This document shows, one piece after another, positions 39,079 to 51,399 of a stretch of DNA of 64,000 nt. The stretch is taken from NCBI GenBank assembly GCA_028023455.1, contig JAQFVV010000001.1, positions 1,302,001-1,366,000 on the forward strand, written 5' to 3'. Origin of the DNA: Epiperipatus broadwayi (Eukaryota > Animalia > Onychophora). The translations under genes were made by a program, and so were the position numbers. The number at the start of each line of letters is the position of its first letter. Position 1 is the stretch's first letter. Under the pieces are notes generated by a model. It ran no database searches. It was not told where the DNA came from and saw only the letters and a program-made list of their open reading frames with translations.

Positions 39079-42000
39079 ATATTAATATTAAAAGTTTTTT
39101 AACACGGATGAATCCGCAAAATATGTGTTTTATATATATTGTAACTTAATTTTCGATCGGAAAGATATTAAGATAAAATATTGCCATTATAAATATTTTT
39201 ACCTGAGTCCAAAGGCATCGTAGCCAAAAATATATGAAACATCAAAATGCTTATCTCAAACATATTGCCATTGTAACATAAAGTGATCAAAGAGAAATTC
39301 AATTGTATATTAAAATATCATTGGATTTGTCAAAAATCCAAATATTATTAAAATCTCAAATATTCAAATATTATATTCATTGTAACTTAATAAAGATGAT
39401 CAAACAATCCAAATGTATTAAATAATTAAGAAAAGATTCAAATATAAATATTTGGCTTAATAAACGAAAAAGAATTGTAATATATTTTTATACCAAAGAG
39501 ACCAGAATTGTAATATTCAACTTGCTGAGCATAAACTATTAAACAAAAGATCAGATTGAGTTATCAATCATATTAAGGGTCATTGGATTCAATGAAACAT
39601 ACTTCTATAATTAGATTTCTCAAGATATCACAATATCAATAATTATAAACAAATTATTAATAACTATTATAACTCGTGTATACTAGTAACTCAATAAAAT
39701 ATCTTCTCAGGTATACAGACAGTAGATTTTATCCACTTTCATTTCTTGGTTTGATGTTAAGTGCATATTTAAACAAATACCAAGTGAATATGGTCTAGCA
39801 GGGCACCACTACATTATCTGAATCTAGACACAGTCATATCTAATAACCTTTTCACATGTACCGGGTTTGAATCCCTTTGGTACCTTATTTCTTACAAAAT
39901 GTATGATTTTGATTCCAGACCCATAGCACTGTATGCACTAATATTTAAGTAAACACCTAGGTAACATAAAACATCTTTAAACTAAAGTGGAATTCATTAG
40001 ACAGAAATCATTTCTTAGATCTTAACATAACAAATGTGTTTCAATATTTTTTTTTATAAGTTTTACTAACTCAGATTACTATTAATTTAGGATGGCAATT
40101 CACTCATCCTTGCATGAAATAGATGATGGGATGGTGGTTATAATAATACTAAGAAATCACTAGACTATGAAATTAATATTTATTTATGGCCTTTAAACAG
40201 CTCATTAATTAAAACGTGATGATGATGATAATGACAATGGTTTCAACCACAGCTTTAGGGCTAAGCTTAATCATAAACCTAATTTTTATAAAGAAATTCA
40301 TAATCATTGCTTAATTTTAATATATCTAATTGGAACTTAAATAACTAATATTCACCTTGATGATGAATGATCACACTTAATAAAGACTACACTTAATGAA
40401 ATATATATGCCTCGTTTAATAATAATAAACTAATATTCATTGCTGCATTTCTAACATATACATAAAAATTTCTATATCTACATGAAAATTTATATTAACA
40501 ACAACAATAATAATCGACTGTTTTAAAATCCTAACATTAATTTTTAAATTCTTCCTTTTGTCCTGTAAATGTATTTCAAATTGGATGTCACATTGACCAT
40601 GATTTTCACACCACGAGAAAATGTCTCAAAAAAAAAAATAAACATTTTTTTCCCTCTCTCTTGTCTCTTTCGCACACATACCCTTATAAATCTAACATGT
40701 AAGTAGAATGACAAAAATAAATGTTAGTAAAATTGGAAAGAGCAAGTTTTAAACCATTTTCTCCCCCTCCCTTCTAAGCTGAAACCTATACTTTCTTAAA
40801 ACAAAATAATTTAATATTTTAATACTGCTTATTACTTCACATTCGCACACAATTATACACATGTAAAAATATTATTATGTAGGTGTGTGTTTACCCTGTA
40901 AAAACCAAAATAATAATACAAAAAATTATTTTACACATTAATATTTCATAATATACATTTAAAACCACTTATGAAGCTCAAGGTTATTATTGGTAAGAAA
41001 TTATTGGTTTTAATCGATCTGAATTGTCTTTAAAAGTTCTTTAAATAAACTATACCACTTTATTGCTAAAATTTTATTAAGACTCTGATATCATAAAGAA
41101 AATAGATATAAAAAGTCATATTACCGATCCTTTGTTTTGTGGCGAACTTCCAAGGGCTCAAACTTATCTTGTATAATGTCTATATTTCTGCAGCTACCAT
41201 TTCCGTTTTACTTTGGAACAATCTCTTTCTTGAGGTGTATTCTTATTTGATGATGATGATTCTATTGAGGTTATTTGCTTTAGTGGACAATTTGGAAATC
41301 ATTATATTAATTTTTCTTCTCTTCCTGTCAAGCATGATTCTTTTAGTGGATGAAATACAGCAGTTGTTTTCACGTTTATAAATTTTCTTGAGCTTAAAAT
41401 CAGTTACTGGAACAATTAATTGGACTTGATGATTTAATATTTATCAGTAGATTTTCCTGATCACCTTCAAATGCAGGTGGATGCTTTCTTCTTTCTATTT
41501 AAAAACATCTTATTTCTCTCGGTCAGTTGAAAGGTGTAGAATATTATTTTTCAGACAAGACATCTTTTCTTTCCTATATGATGTGCTAGTTGATGATGAG
41601 TCTGGTAGACAGACGGAACATATATTAATTTTTCTTACCCCGCGATCCTTATATTTTCAACATTCAAAACTTGATATAAAAAAAATGATTTTAAAAAAAA
41701 AGGTTATCTAGCAGAATTAAAAATGTTTGTCTGCTTTAGTTTCAATAATTTTTAAAAGATCTCTATCACAATAATAATAATAATAACCTCAACTGATTTT
41801 CCAGACTGCTTTTATATCCGATTTTTGAGTCAACTCACCCAATTAGAGTGATAGTATGATTTGCTATTTTTGACCAATTCGTTTTTAGCTAGAAAGTGCA
41901 ATCTTTTTTTTTTTTTAGGAACATTAAGTAAAAATCACACACCTGTTTTTCAGACAACTTTTGTTTTGAAGGAAAAAAATAGACTTAATCCTTTTTTTTT

Positions 42001-43439
42001 TTACACCTAGGTAACATTTCAAATTTGAGCTTCTTTCTTTTGATCTCAAGATGAGACAATTTCAAAATTAGAGTTCCCACCAAGCTTAAACTCCATAATG
42101 ACAAACAATCATTTATAAAAACAAAATTGCTACAAAAATATATATCTGATTCAACAGATTTTCTCCCTTAACACAAAATTGTAAAAAAAAAAATAATTTG
42201 ACAGATTTAACCCTTCTTCCTTTCAATATATAATAAATGTAAATTTCTGTATGTAATGTACACACATACTTTATCATTTCAAATCATTCATAAACTGACA
42301 TTAAATAATCTAATTGCTAGCTTAGTAATTATAACCCTAATATTTAAAATTAAATCCTTAGCTTTTAAATCCCAATTACAATTATAGAAAAGCAAAATAG
42401 AAGTATAGAATAAGATATTAAAATTGATCAAGCATAGGCTAGTTTTAAAGAAAGTTTAATATCTGAAATTTAAAAGTGACTAACTAAATAGCTTTTATAA
42501 CACACACTGCCTATACATATGCGTTATAACTTTGCATTTTAACAGAAAAATTAAATATTGAATAGTTTAAATGTGTGTATTACCTTTCTATCAACACAAA
42601 CAAATAAAGAATATAATTGTTGACCCACTCTTTCTGTCTAAAGCTTTTAGAACTTGATCTTGTAGGGTTTAAACTTGGATGCCCTACAGCTTCCTTTTTA
42701 GATAAAAATGTGATGATGATTTTTGTTTTACATTTTCTTACATGCACATTACTATAAATTTAGCTAATGACTAAATTGTAATGGCACAATATATATGGGT
42801 TTATAAATTATAATTAAATGCATATTCTATTAAATAATTATTTAATTAATATGTAAGAAATTACTTTGATCAAATTTTGAATTGTGAACTGATTTAAGAG
42901 AGAGAAAACTGAAAAAAGCATATTGTGTTTGTATAGAAATATTAGTTACATTTATAGACAAGTTTTCAGAGATAACATTTCAGTTATTTGTTAAGTCTAA
43001 TCAATATAATTTTAAACCATATACATGAAGTTTCCTCATGGGAACAATCATAATAAAATCTTTTATACATCAAAATGTTCAAATTAGTATATGTATGTAG
43101 ATATAATGTATTCTTATTAGAATCTTTCATTTTCTTCTTTTTTCATCACTATCAATATAATTTTTTATCTCAAATCTTTTAGGCAATCTTACATTGCGTC
43201 TTATTCCCTCTGTTTATTCAAAATAAAGTCTAAATAAAGATAAGTAACTAATATAATTTTAAATTGTTTATAATACAGTGTGTATATATATATGAAAAAC
43301 AAAAAAACACAAGTTAAAAAACTTGCTAACCCTTGTATTTATGATAACAGATGGCGTTCTACCAAAAACACCGTCAAGCGTAGTTTTCTGTTTACATAAA
43401 CGTCAGAGCGAGCATTCACTATCTCTAACTTTAATTCCA

Positions 43440-43483
43440 CTTTCAGATCATGATTTCAACCTATTTGCTATCGTCAGTGAAAG
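43440..43483 (-). ncRNA. Type I hammerhead ribozyme motif (HH-A)
   Basis: Minus strand: CTTTCA CTGACGA TAGC aaatag GTT GAAA TCATGA TC TGAAAG. Confidence 0.85.
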
Positions 43484-44166
43484 ACAGGAATAAGAAACTA
43501 GATCTAAACACAAACTCAGAGCATTTATGAAACAGTTTCTATTCAGCTTGCAAGCGTGAATCTTTTAGACACGTTAATGTCTTCAAACTCAGCATAGCAA
43601 GCCAGGTAGCTACATGGGTCTGATCTCAGTTCAGCATCACCACATAGTAGAAGCCTCTGCAATATACATCATTGCAAGAAAGACCTCAAAGGTACATTTA
43701 TGAAAAACAGAAAAACACAAGTTAAAAAACTTGCTAACGCTTGTATTTATGATAACAGATGGCGTTCTACCAAAAACACCGTCAAGCGTAGTTTTCTGTT
43801 CACATAAACGTCAGAGCGAGCATTAGATAGTGAATGCCCGCTCTGACGTTTATGTGAACAGAAAACTACGCTTGACGGTGTTTTTGGTAGAACGCCATCT
43901 GTTATCATAAATGCAAGCGTTAGCAAGTTTTTTAACTTGTGTTTTTTTGTTTTTCATAAATGTACCTTTGAGGTGCAATGATGTATATTGCAGAGGCTTC
44001 TACTATGTGGTGATGCTGAACTGAGATCAGACCCATGTAGCTATCTGGCTTGCTATGCTGAGTTTGAAGACATTAATGTGTCTAAAAGATTCACGCTTGC
44101 AAGCTGAATAGAAACTGTTTCATAAATGCTCAGAGTTTGTGTTTAGATCTAGTTTCTTATTCCTGT

Positions 44167-44210
44167 CTTTCACTGACGATAGCAAATAGGTTGAAATCAT
44201 GATCTGAAAG
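44167..44210 (+). ncRNA. Type I hammerhead ribozyme motif (HH-A copy 1), predicted cut after 44204
   Basis: CTTTCA CTGACGA T-AGC aaatag GTT GAAA TCATGA TC TGAAAG. Stem I is 6 bp plus a distal ATTCC/GGAAT. Stem III is the palindrome ATCATGAT. AUC triplet. Confidence 0.87.
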
Positions 44211-44574
44211 TGGAATTAAAGTTAGAGATAGTGAATGCTCGCTCTGACATTTACGTAAACAGAAAACTACGCTTGACGGTGTTTTTGGTAGAACGCCATC
44301 TGTTATCATAAATACAAGCATTAGCAAGTTTTTTAACTTGTGTTTTTTTGTTTTTCATAAATGTACCTTTGAGGTCTTTCTTGTAATGATGTATATTGCA
44401 GAGGCTTCTACTATGTGGTGATGCTGAACTGAGATCAGACCCATGTAGCTATCTGGCTTGCTATGCTGAGTTTGAAGACATTAACGTGTCTAAAAGATTC
44501 ACGCTTGCAAGCTGAATAGAAACTGTTTCATAAATGCTCAGAGTTTGTGTTTAGATTTAGTTTCTTATTCCTGT

Positions 44575-44618
44575 CTTTCACTGATGATAGCAAATAGCTT
44601 GAAATCATGATCTGAAAG
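44575..44618 (+). ncRNA. Type I hammerhead ribozyme motif (HH-A copy 2), predicted cut after 44612
   Basis: CTTTCA CTGATGA T-AGC aaata GCT-T GAAA TCATGA TC TGAAAG. Confidence 0.9.
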
Positions 44619-44958
44619 TGGAATTAAAGTTAGAGATAGTGAATGCTCGCTCTACGCTTGACGGTGTTTTTGGTAGAACGCCATCTGTTATCATAAATAC
44701 AAGCGTTAGCAAGTTTTTTAACTTGTGTTTTTTTGTTTTTCATAAATGTACCTTTGAGGTCTTTCTTGCAATGATGTATATTGCAGAGGCTTCTACTATG
44801 TGGTGATGCTGAACTGAGATCAGATCCATGTAGCTATCTGGCTTGCTATGCTGAGTTTGAAGACATTAACGTGTCTAAAAGATTTACGCTTGCATCTGAA
44901 TAGAAACTGTTTCATAAATGCTCAGAGTTTGTGTTTAGATCTAGTTTCTTATTCCTGT

Positions 44959-45002
44959 CTTTCACTGACGATAGCAAATGGCTTGAAATCATGATCTGAA
45001 AG
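44959..45002 (+). ncRNA. Type I hammerhead ribozyme motif (HH-A copy 3), predicted cut after 44996
   Basis: CTTTCA CTGACGA T-AGC aaatg GCT-T GAAA TCATGA TC TGAAAG. Confidence 0.9.
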
Positions 45003-45118
45003 TGGAATTAAAGTTAGAGATAGTGAAAAAAAAAAAAACTACATTGAGAAAGCCATTTTATAATGCATATTACTATTGCCTAAATTGTTATTTTAATGGT
45101 TGTATTTTATATTTTTAG

Positions 45119-45232
45119 TATCTTTGCGAATTAACATTATTAGAAGCAGATCCATATTTAAAGTATTTACCTAGTATGGTAGCTGCAGCTGCTGTGGCAT
45201 TAGCAAACTGTACACTCCATCGGCAACCCTGG
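45119..45232 (+). CDS. CycA: Cyclin A exon, 114 nt
   Basis: TTTTTAG acceptor and GTAAGT donor. YLCELTLLEADPYLKYLPSMVAAAAVALANCTLHRQPW. Confidence 0.97.
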
Positions 45233-46739
45233 GTAAGTTTAAAAATACTTAATTATAATTTGTCATTTATAAATTCAGTATATATGATAGGTAAAGATAA
45301 AATAGCCTTAGAGAAGTGTTGTAGGAGTTGGCTCATTAGACTTGTTAAATGTTGGGTGGTGGTAGTTTAAGTGACTTTTCATTCTTTTACTCTCAATATT
45401 AATTGGATGATTAATTTGATTGAATGAGAGCTAACTATCCAAAAGAAAAAAAAGTTTGATTAGAATATAAATTCAAGTTTTACTTGAACTGGGATCAAGC
45501 CCAGTCATGGTTAAAAGAAGCAGGTACACTATTTCTAAATTATGAGCTCTTTATATGTATAATCATAGTTTGAATTGTGATAAAATTTATACATCACAAA
45601 TAATAGATGTTTAGCAATGAATCACTTTATGTTTGAAACATGCATAGCAATATACACATAAGAATACATTCTACTTTTATTCTTTAAAGAGGCAAGGAAG
45701 AAGAAAAACAATACTTGACTTTGTGTTGAAAAATAAAAAGAAGTGGAGAAATAAATAGAAAATGGTTATTTTGATTGGGAAGTTTTAAAAAAATTGCATT
45801 TTTCTTCTGTGTTTATTTATTTAAAAAGAATATATAATAAATTTATTAAATTATATATTGATCTTTGGTGCTTTTAGATTACTATTTTTTAAAACTATTG
45901 TAGTTTTAAACAGGGTAATGAGACTTCTGACAAATTTCAAGATTAGATTAGATGGGCTTTGCTTATCATACTATACAGAATCAAAAAATTATATGGCGAC
46001 TCAAAGTCTTGTGAAAAATAGCTTATGCAAATTCTAACATCCAGATAAGTTAACAGCAAAAGAATAGCTGGAAGTTTTAATGCATTCGTTTACTAAGAGT
46101 TAAGATTTTTAAAAAAAGCATATCATACTAAAATATGAAATAATCTGCCTAGGTGAAACTCTTTACAATTATTTACTGAAAGTTGGGTTGCCAATTTTTT
46201 GAAATTACTATATATTTAGATACGAGAGTTTCGAAGAATGGAAAATAAAAATAAAGTTTGTAAGAAAAATATCTATGAGAATGAAATTCCCATTGACTAC
46301 AGTTAATTTGAAAATAGCATTTTGTATATTATGTATGAAAATTTATTGCTAAAAGTAATAATACTTGATTGTCATTAGAAACAATTTACCATTGCAAGCC
46401 AAATTCTTGCTAGTTTTAGCATCTCAGTTCTAAAATTGCAACAAATGTTAATGGGTTCTTATATATTTAAGATGTTTAAGATAACATAGATCTTGTGAAT
46501 CAAATAATGTGAATACAAATTGGAAGGTGTTGTTATTTATTATGTCTCATTTAAAAATCAATAGTGTGACGGATTTCTAAAGAAATAATGTTCAATTGTT
46601 TAATTATAACTAGCACAATCAAAAGAGCTACACTTTTATACATAGATATATAATGCACACATACAGTGTATAACTATAATATTTTTGCACTCAACATATA
46701 TATTTAAAAACATAAATACTCTATGGTTTGAATAAGTAT

Positions 46740-46941
46740 CAAATCTATTAAGTGTAAACAGATAATATTGTAATAACGTGAAAGCTCAAACCTTCAACAG
46801 ATACGCCTTGAATATGCTTACGTAACAGCCAATAAGATGGAATAATGATATCACATGGACCTCTCAATTCTCAAACACAAGTCAGAACTATAAGAAAAAG
46901 ATGGGACCCATCTTTTTCTTATAGTTCTGACTTGTGTTTGA
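46740..46941. repeat. Short insertion ending in a perfect 35-bp-arm palindrome
   Basis: 46871-46905 is the exact reverse complement of 46907-46941. The direct repeat GTTTGAATAAGTAT lies at 46726-46739 and 46936-46949. Confidence 0.8.
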
Positions 46942-48609
46942 ATAAGTATGAAAGTTAATTTTATGTAAAAAGTAATAAAGTTGCATGATCTTTTAGAAAT
47001 ATAAAAACAGGAAACTTTTTTTTGAGAAACTTAGTTTTCATTTTATTTTATCATGATAAAAAAATCATTTGGAGATATGATTGGTCTTAGAAAATATTAA
47101 TGTCATACTCAAATTAGAAAATGCACTACATACAATAACTGTAATAATACTTGATATTGTATTTTTAAGTCAGCTTTTTTTTTTCTTTTTTGAGCTTGTA
47201 TATTATGGAAGAGTTTTATTTTTGTGATCTGGTTCTTGAAAGTTCCCTTTTATGAAGAAGCAAAACTTTTTATTATGTTGTGTAATCCAATTGGGATCGT
47301 ATGAAACTAATGAAAATCTGCTGATAATAATATACAGAATCATGAGTATGAATTGATTAACACGTACTTTTTGATTGATTCTTTCTGTAAAATGAAAATA
47401 TTAAATAGCGTAATATTAAGCTCTTATTGAGTTTTGTTGATTTATTTTAATGTTCTAAATTTTTTCCTTATTTGTATATATATTTGGATATAATTTTTGC
47501 CCACTGAAAATTATAATCTATTTAGTTATTATATTTTGCATATTATTTATTTCAATAGATTAATGAAAGTGAATCAAAAATGTATAAAAAGAAAATCTAT
47601 ATTAAAGATGAGATTATTGGGAAAAGTTATCCTAAGTTTTCATTTATTTTCATTGTTAATATTGTTTAATAATACTCATATACGAAACAAAGATATATTC
47701 TTATGATTTATACAAAATAAATTATATTTTGTTACTGTCATGAAAGTTAACAGCAGTTTGTTTTTTGCTATATCTATATTTAGTTTATTTTGTTAGCCAT
47801 TTCTACCACCAGATAAAGGTGGATAAATATGAGATAAAATGAATTTTTAATAATGTAAAAAAAAAAAAAAACTATCATAGATGAGTGACTTGTCTCAGCA
47901 TTTTATATATAGATATTATTATATATGTTAAAACCTCTAGAAAAATAGATAAGATTCAAAATGGAAAACTTAGATGTGAGGAGTAGAGACAGGAGTATAA
48001 AATTAGTTATGTTTCATAAAACTAAAGGGATGGTAACAAATATATAGATTTAGGCAAAGTGTCTACAATAAAGTAGACTAAACTACGGTAATATAAATTT
48101 GATTTTAAAAAATGATAGAGTAATTCTGGATGGCCATCTAACATTCAGAAAAAATATTAGGGAATTTAGCAGTTTGAGTGAACAATTAGTGAAAAACATG
48201 AAAATAATAGCATTAGAGGTTTGTAATGATTATAAGAAGTTAGTTTAGGATCAAAGAAATGGTATGTAGGAGGTGGTGTAATATTTGCAAAAACTAGGGG
48301 AAATTAATGAAATAATTAAAAAGAATTATAATAATCAGAACAAAAGTAAGATAGGAGAAATAATGAAGAGCTAAATTAAAAGGACAGATGAATTGAACAA
48401 ATAAGTATAGGAGTTAAAAAAGTGGCCAAAAATTAGAGATTCTTTCAAATCCTTTGAAAAAAATAGAACAAAATCAGGCTCTGCTTGTTGAATTATAGTT
48501 TATTTTGGAAAAACAATATAAATTAAAATTAAAACAAATATTAATAAAGTAAGTTTGGCAATTTTTAAATTTATTTTCAATTGCTATACTTTTATATCAC
48601 AGATATATA

Positions 48610-48708
48610 TAAACAAAGTAGTTTTTGAGTTAAACCATGTGTTATTTTGTCGAAATGGCGGATAGTAAGCAAAAATAACATGGTTCAACCCAAAAACTAC
48701 TTTGTTTA
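48610..48708. repeat. Imperfect inverted repeat, ~40-bp arms, 20-nt spacer
   Basis: AAACAAAGTAGTTTTTGAGTTAAACCATGTGTTATTTTG vs CAAAAATAACATGGTTCAACCCAAAAACTACTTTGTTT. Confidence 0.8.
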
Positions 48709-51399
48709 CATCATACGACCGTGAAAACGTTTAATATCTATATTGTAACGGGATATATAGATGCATTACATCTAAATTCTAATACTTAATGTTTTGTAAA
48801 TATCTAATACTGAATTAAAAACAAACGTTCAAAATGCACAAATAACTAATTATTAATTTATTAATATGCTTGATTTAAATATTAAAATAAGGTGAGCTTT
48901 AAAAAAATTGTAGAATTGAAACAAAGATTCTAATCTTTAAATAAAATATAATAAAAAACCTTTTAATTTTAAAAATAACTAAGAGTTTTAATCTTAAAAA
49001 TAAAAATTACAAACAGATCCTTGGGGCAAAATGATCAGTGAAAAGAGATTACGAAAGAGATAAGAGTCGAGAAATAGAAACAAAAGACTCGCTTTTCCCG
49101 CCCAAAGATAGAGACACAGACCTCAGTGGAAAACCTAAAATCTACCCAGCCACAAACTCAAAATCTACTTGGATAAACCTAATGAACCAATGAAAAATAG
49201 ATATGAAATATGAGAGATGGATTCGTGCATTCGAGAGATAAGGTACCTGAGGACTATAAAAAGAAAATCCAAAGGAAATAGTTAGCTGGAGAATTAGAAA
49301 ATTAATGTTTTAAATTCAACTGTCTTTGCTGAAAGTAGAAAAAATTTTAAAAAGCTATTGTTGCCGTCATAAAGAATGTAATCAGCTTCACCGTGCTTCC
49401 TTCGGTTTGGCCGGCCGAAAGCAGCTTTCATCTCCACGGATCCCGTCTTCAGAAACCAGCATAAATGCTTCATACATCGTCATCGTCCGCAAGAAATGGC
49501 CCTTGCGGAACTTAGATCTTCATCGCGAAGGAACGAACACAAAAAAGGGAGATATAGATTTATAAATGATAAAATGAAATATAAACTCTTAAATTTAAAA
49601 TCTTCGAACTTTATCTGTCTTTAAAATGAATAATAGACTTTCTCTCTCAAGCAAGCCTGAACTTTATTTTTATAAACTATGAAATTTTAAAAGTCTTAGC
49701 TAAAGTTTTAAACGTAATCTCTTAAAATATGTATTGTTTTTCTTTTATTTATTCATGCTTAATATCTGTTTGTAATAAGGTGGGGTTTGCGATTGCAAAC
49801 TTAAATTTAAAAGTAAAAACACATCGTTATTTGTGCATTATTGAATTTAAAAGAAAAGTAGGTTAAAAATATTTGTAGTAAAAAAAAAAAGTTAAATATA
49901 ATGTGTTATCGTAAAATAATTTTAAAACCTTAAACTAAAGATTTTTTTTTTAGAATTAAATTAAGAAAATGATTTAAATGTTAGTTGAGTGTAAGTTTTA
50001 AAGGGGTTTTGATTTCGGACTATTTGTTTCGTAGTTGTGGCAATACTGTTGGAGAGATATATGGACGTTTTCATCAATGTAATGTGAAGTGTGTTAGCAC
50101 TTAGGGCGACGAGTCCAACTGAATGCATGACCCCAAAGAGGCAGTCATATTGTTGAAATGGACGCAGACGTATTTCCTGCGCCATTGACCCATTCCAGTT
50201 CTATGGATTGAGAAGATAAGTCGGCAAGATAAGACCGCTCTCCCATCCATACGAAGCGTTATTTTTATTATATTACATGCATGATTCCTTCACCAGACAG
50301 ATGTCCATTTCCTGTACTGGATGAAGAACATGTTTTCTCCAATAATATCACGCTTTTCAGATGCACATTCCTGTCGGTGTGATTCTATGCTAACATGTTC
50401 ACATTGCATTGGTTGCTGATATATATCTGGAAGCGAGCGTTGGTGTGGTTGCGGACTTTTAGCCTGGAATCAAATGTTTGAAAGTCTTTTAAGTGCGTTG
50501 TCTGGGTAGCCCATCTATACTCAGCATTTCTAAGATTAAAAATTAAAGTTTAAAAGAAGATAATAATAATGAAACAAAACATAATTTTTTTTCTATAATA
50601 ATTTTTTTTTTAAGTTTGTGTATTGTTACCTATATATACGTCAATAAAATCTTTTTGTGTGTTATTAATACTGACAGTGATCTAGTGATTGTTTTTATTA
50701 TTATTTATTATTAAAAATACAGTATATTTTAATAAATATATTAAGTTTCTGCGTCTACTTGAGCTAGTGGCAAGGGCAAGCGATCAATAAAATAAAAGTT
50801 GGATCTTTAACAGCGCGTATCTGCCTACTCTATAAATTTTCTAGGTTCAAATGGCCTAGTGGGCTCTGTAGCGGCAGATACGGTAAGACTGAAAATCTTC
50901 AGATCCTCCATGACCGTTATAATATATAGAGAGAGCTTATTAATTCACAGACTAAATATTTTTTAAATTGGTATCACTAAAAATTGTTTGATTAAAATCT
51001 ATTACTTGTTAAACTTATTATAATTACAGATGTTAGATTGATCATTCTAATTTTATTTTGCTCTGTGAATTTGTAAATATGCCGGTCAATTGATCTGCTG
51101 ATTAGTCTGCTCCAAAACATGCTGATACTTTATCAGAAGTATGTTTAAAAAATTAATTTCTTAAATGTAATATTCCTTTAAACATTTTTTTTCCTTAATT
51201 ACAGGTTCACTAATGGACAATGCAGTCGCTCATTATTTTTGCTGAATAAATTGTTTTTGGCCTAATTCTAGCTTAGTGATTTTGTCATCTATTTGCTACT
51301 TCCCTGCGAGGAAATTTTTTTTTTTTACCAATTCTACATTTCTTTTGAATTTATTTCACTTTAGAATTTCCATGTGTTTGCAAAGTCAATGTTAAATTT

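Larger units (their letters stand above)
38701..39140 (+). mobile_element. 5'-truncated Penelope-like element with inverted pseudo-LTR
   Basis: Reading frame 38822-38947 VFYQCKIREAIEILKRPDCINKRDDTCKLPPIWKDFFKKHS* resembles the C-terminus of the PLE GIY-YIG endonuclease. 38701-38819 is an inverted copy of 39021-39140. Confidence 0.85.
43290..45038. mobile_element. HH-A array: tandem 408-nt hammerhead repeats (non-LTR retrozyme-like); ~1.3 antisense units, then 3 sense units and an A13 tail
   Basis: Period 408 (43291 vs 43699; 44226 vs 44634). Inversion point at 43824/43825. Sense units start at AGATAGTGA 43825, 44226 and 44634 and end at 45026. One HHR per unit. Confidence 0.92.

Noticed and set aside
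43290-45038. Regular repeats as a possible CRISPR array or simple satellite
   Set aside because: The context is eukaryotic, units are ~400 nt with no unique spacers, and the ribozyme content explains the array better.
49961-50530. Cys/Trp spacing vaguely like a spaetzle/cystine-knot domain
   Set aside because: It requires several frameshifts and stops, and the Cys pattern is not reproduced, so it is unsupported without a profile search.
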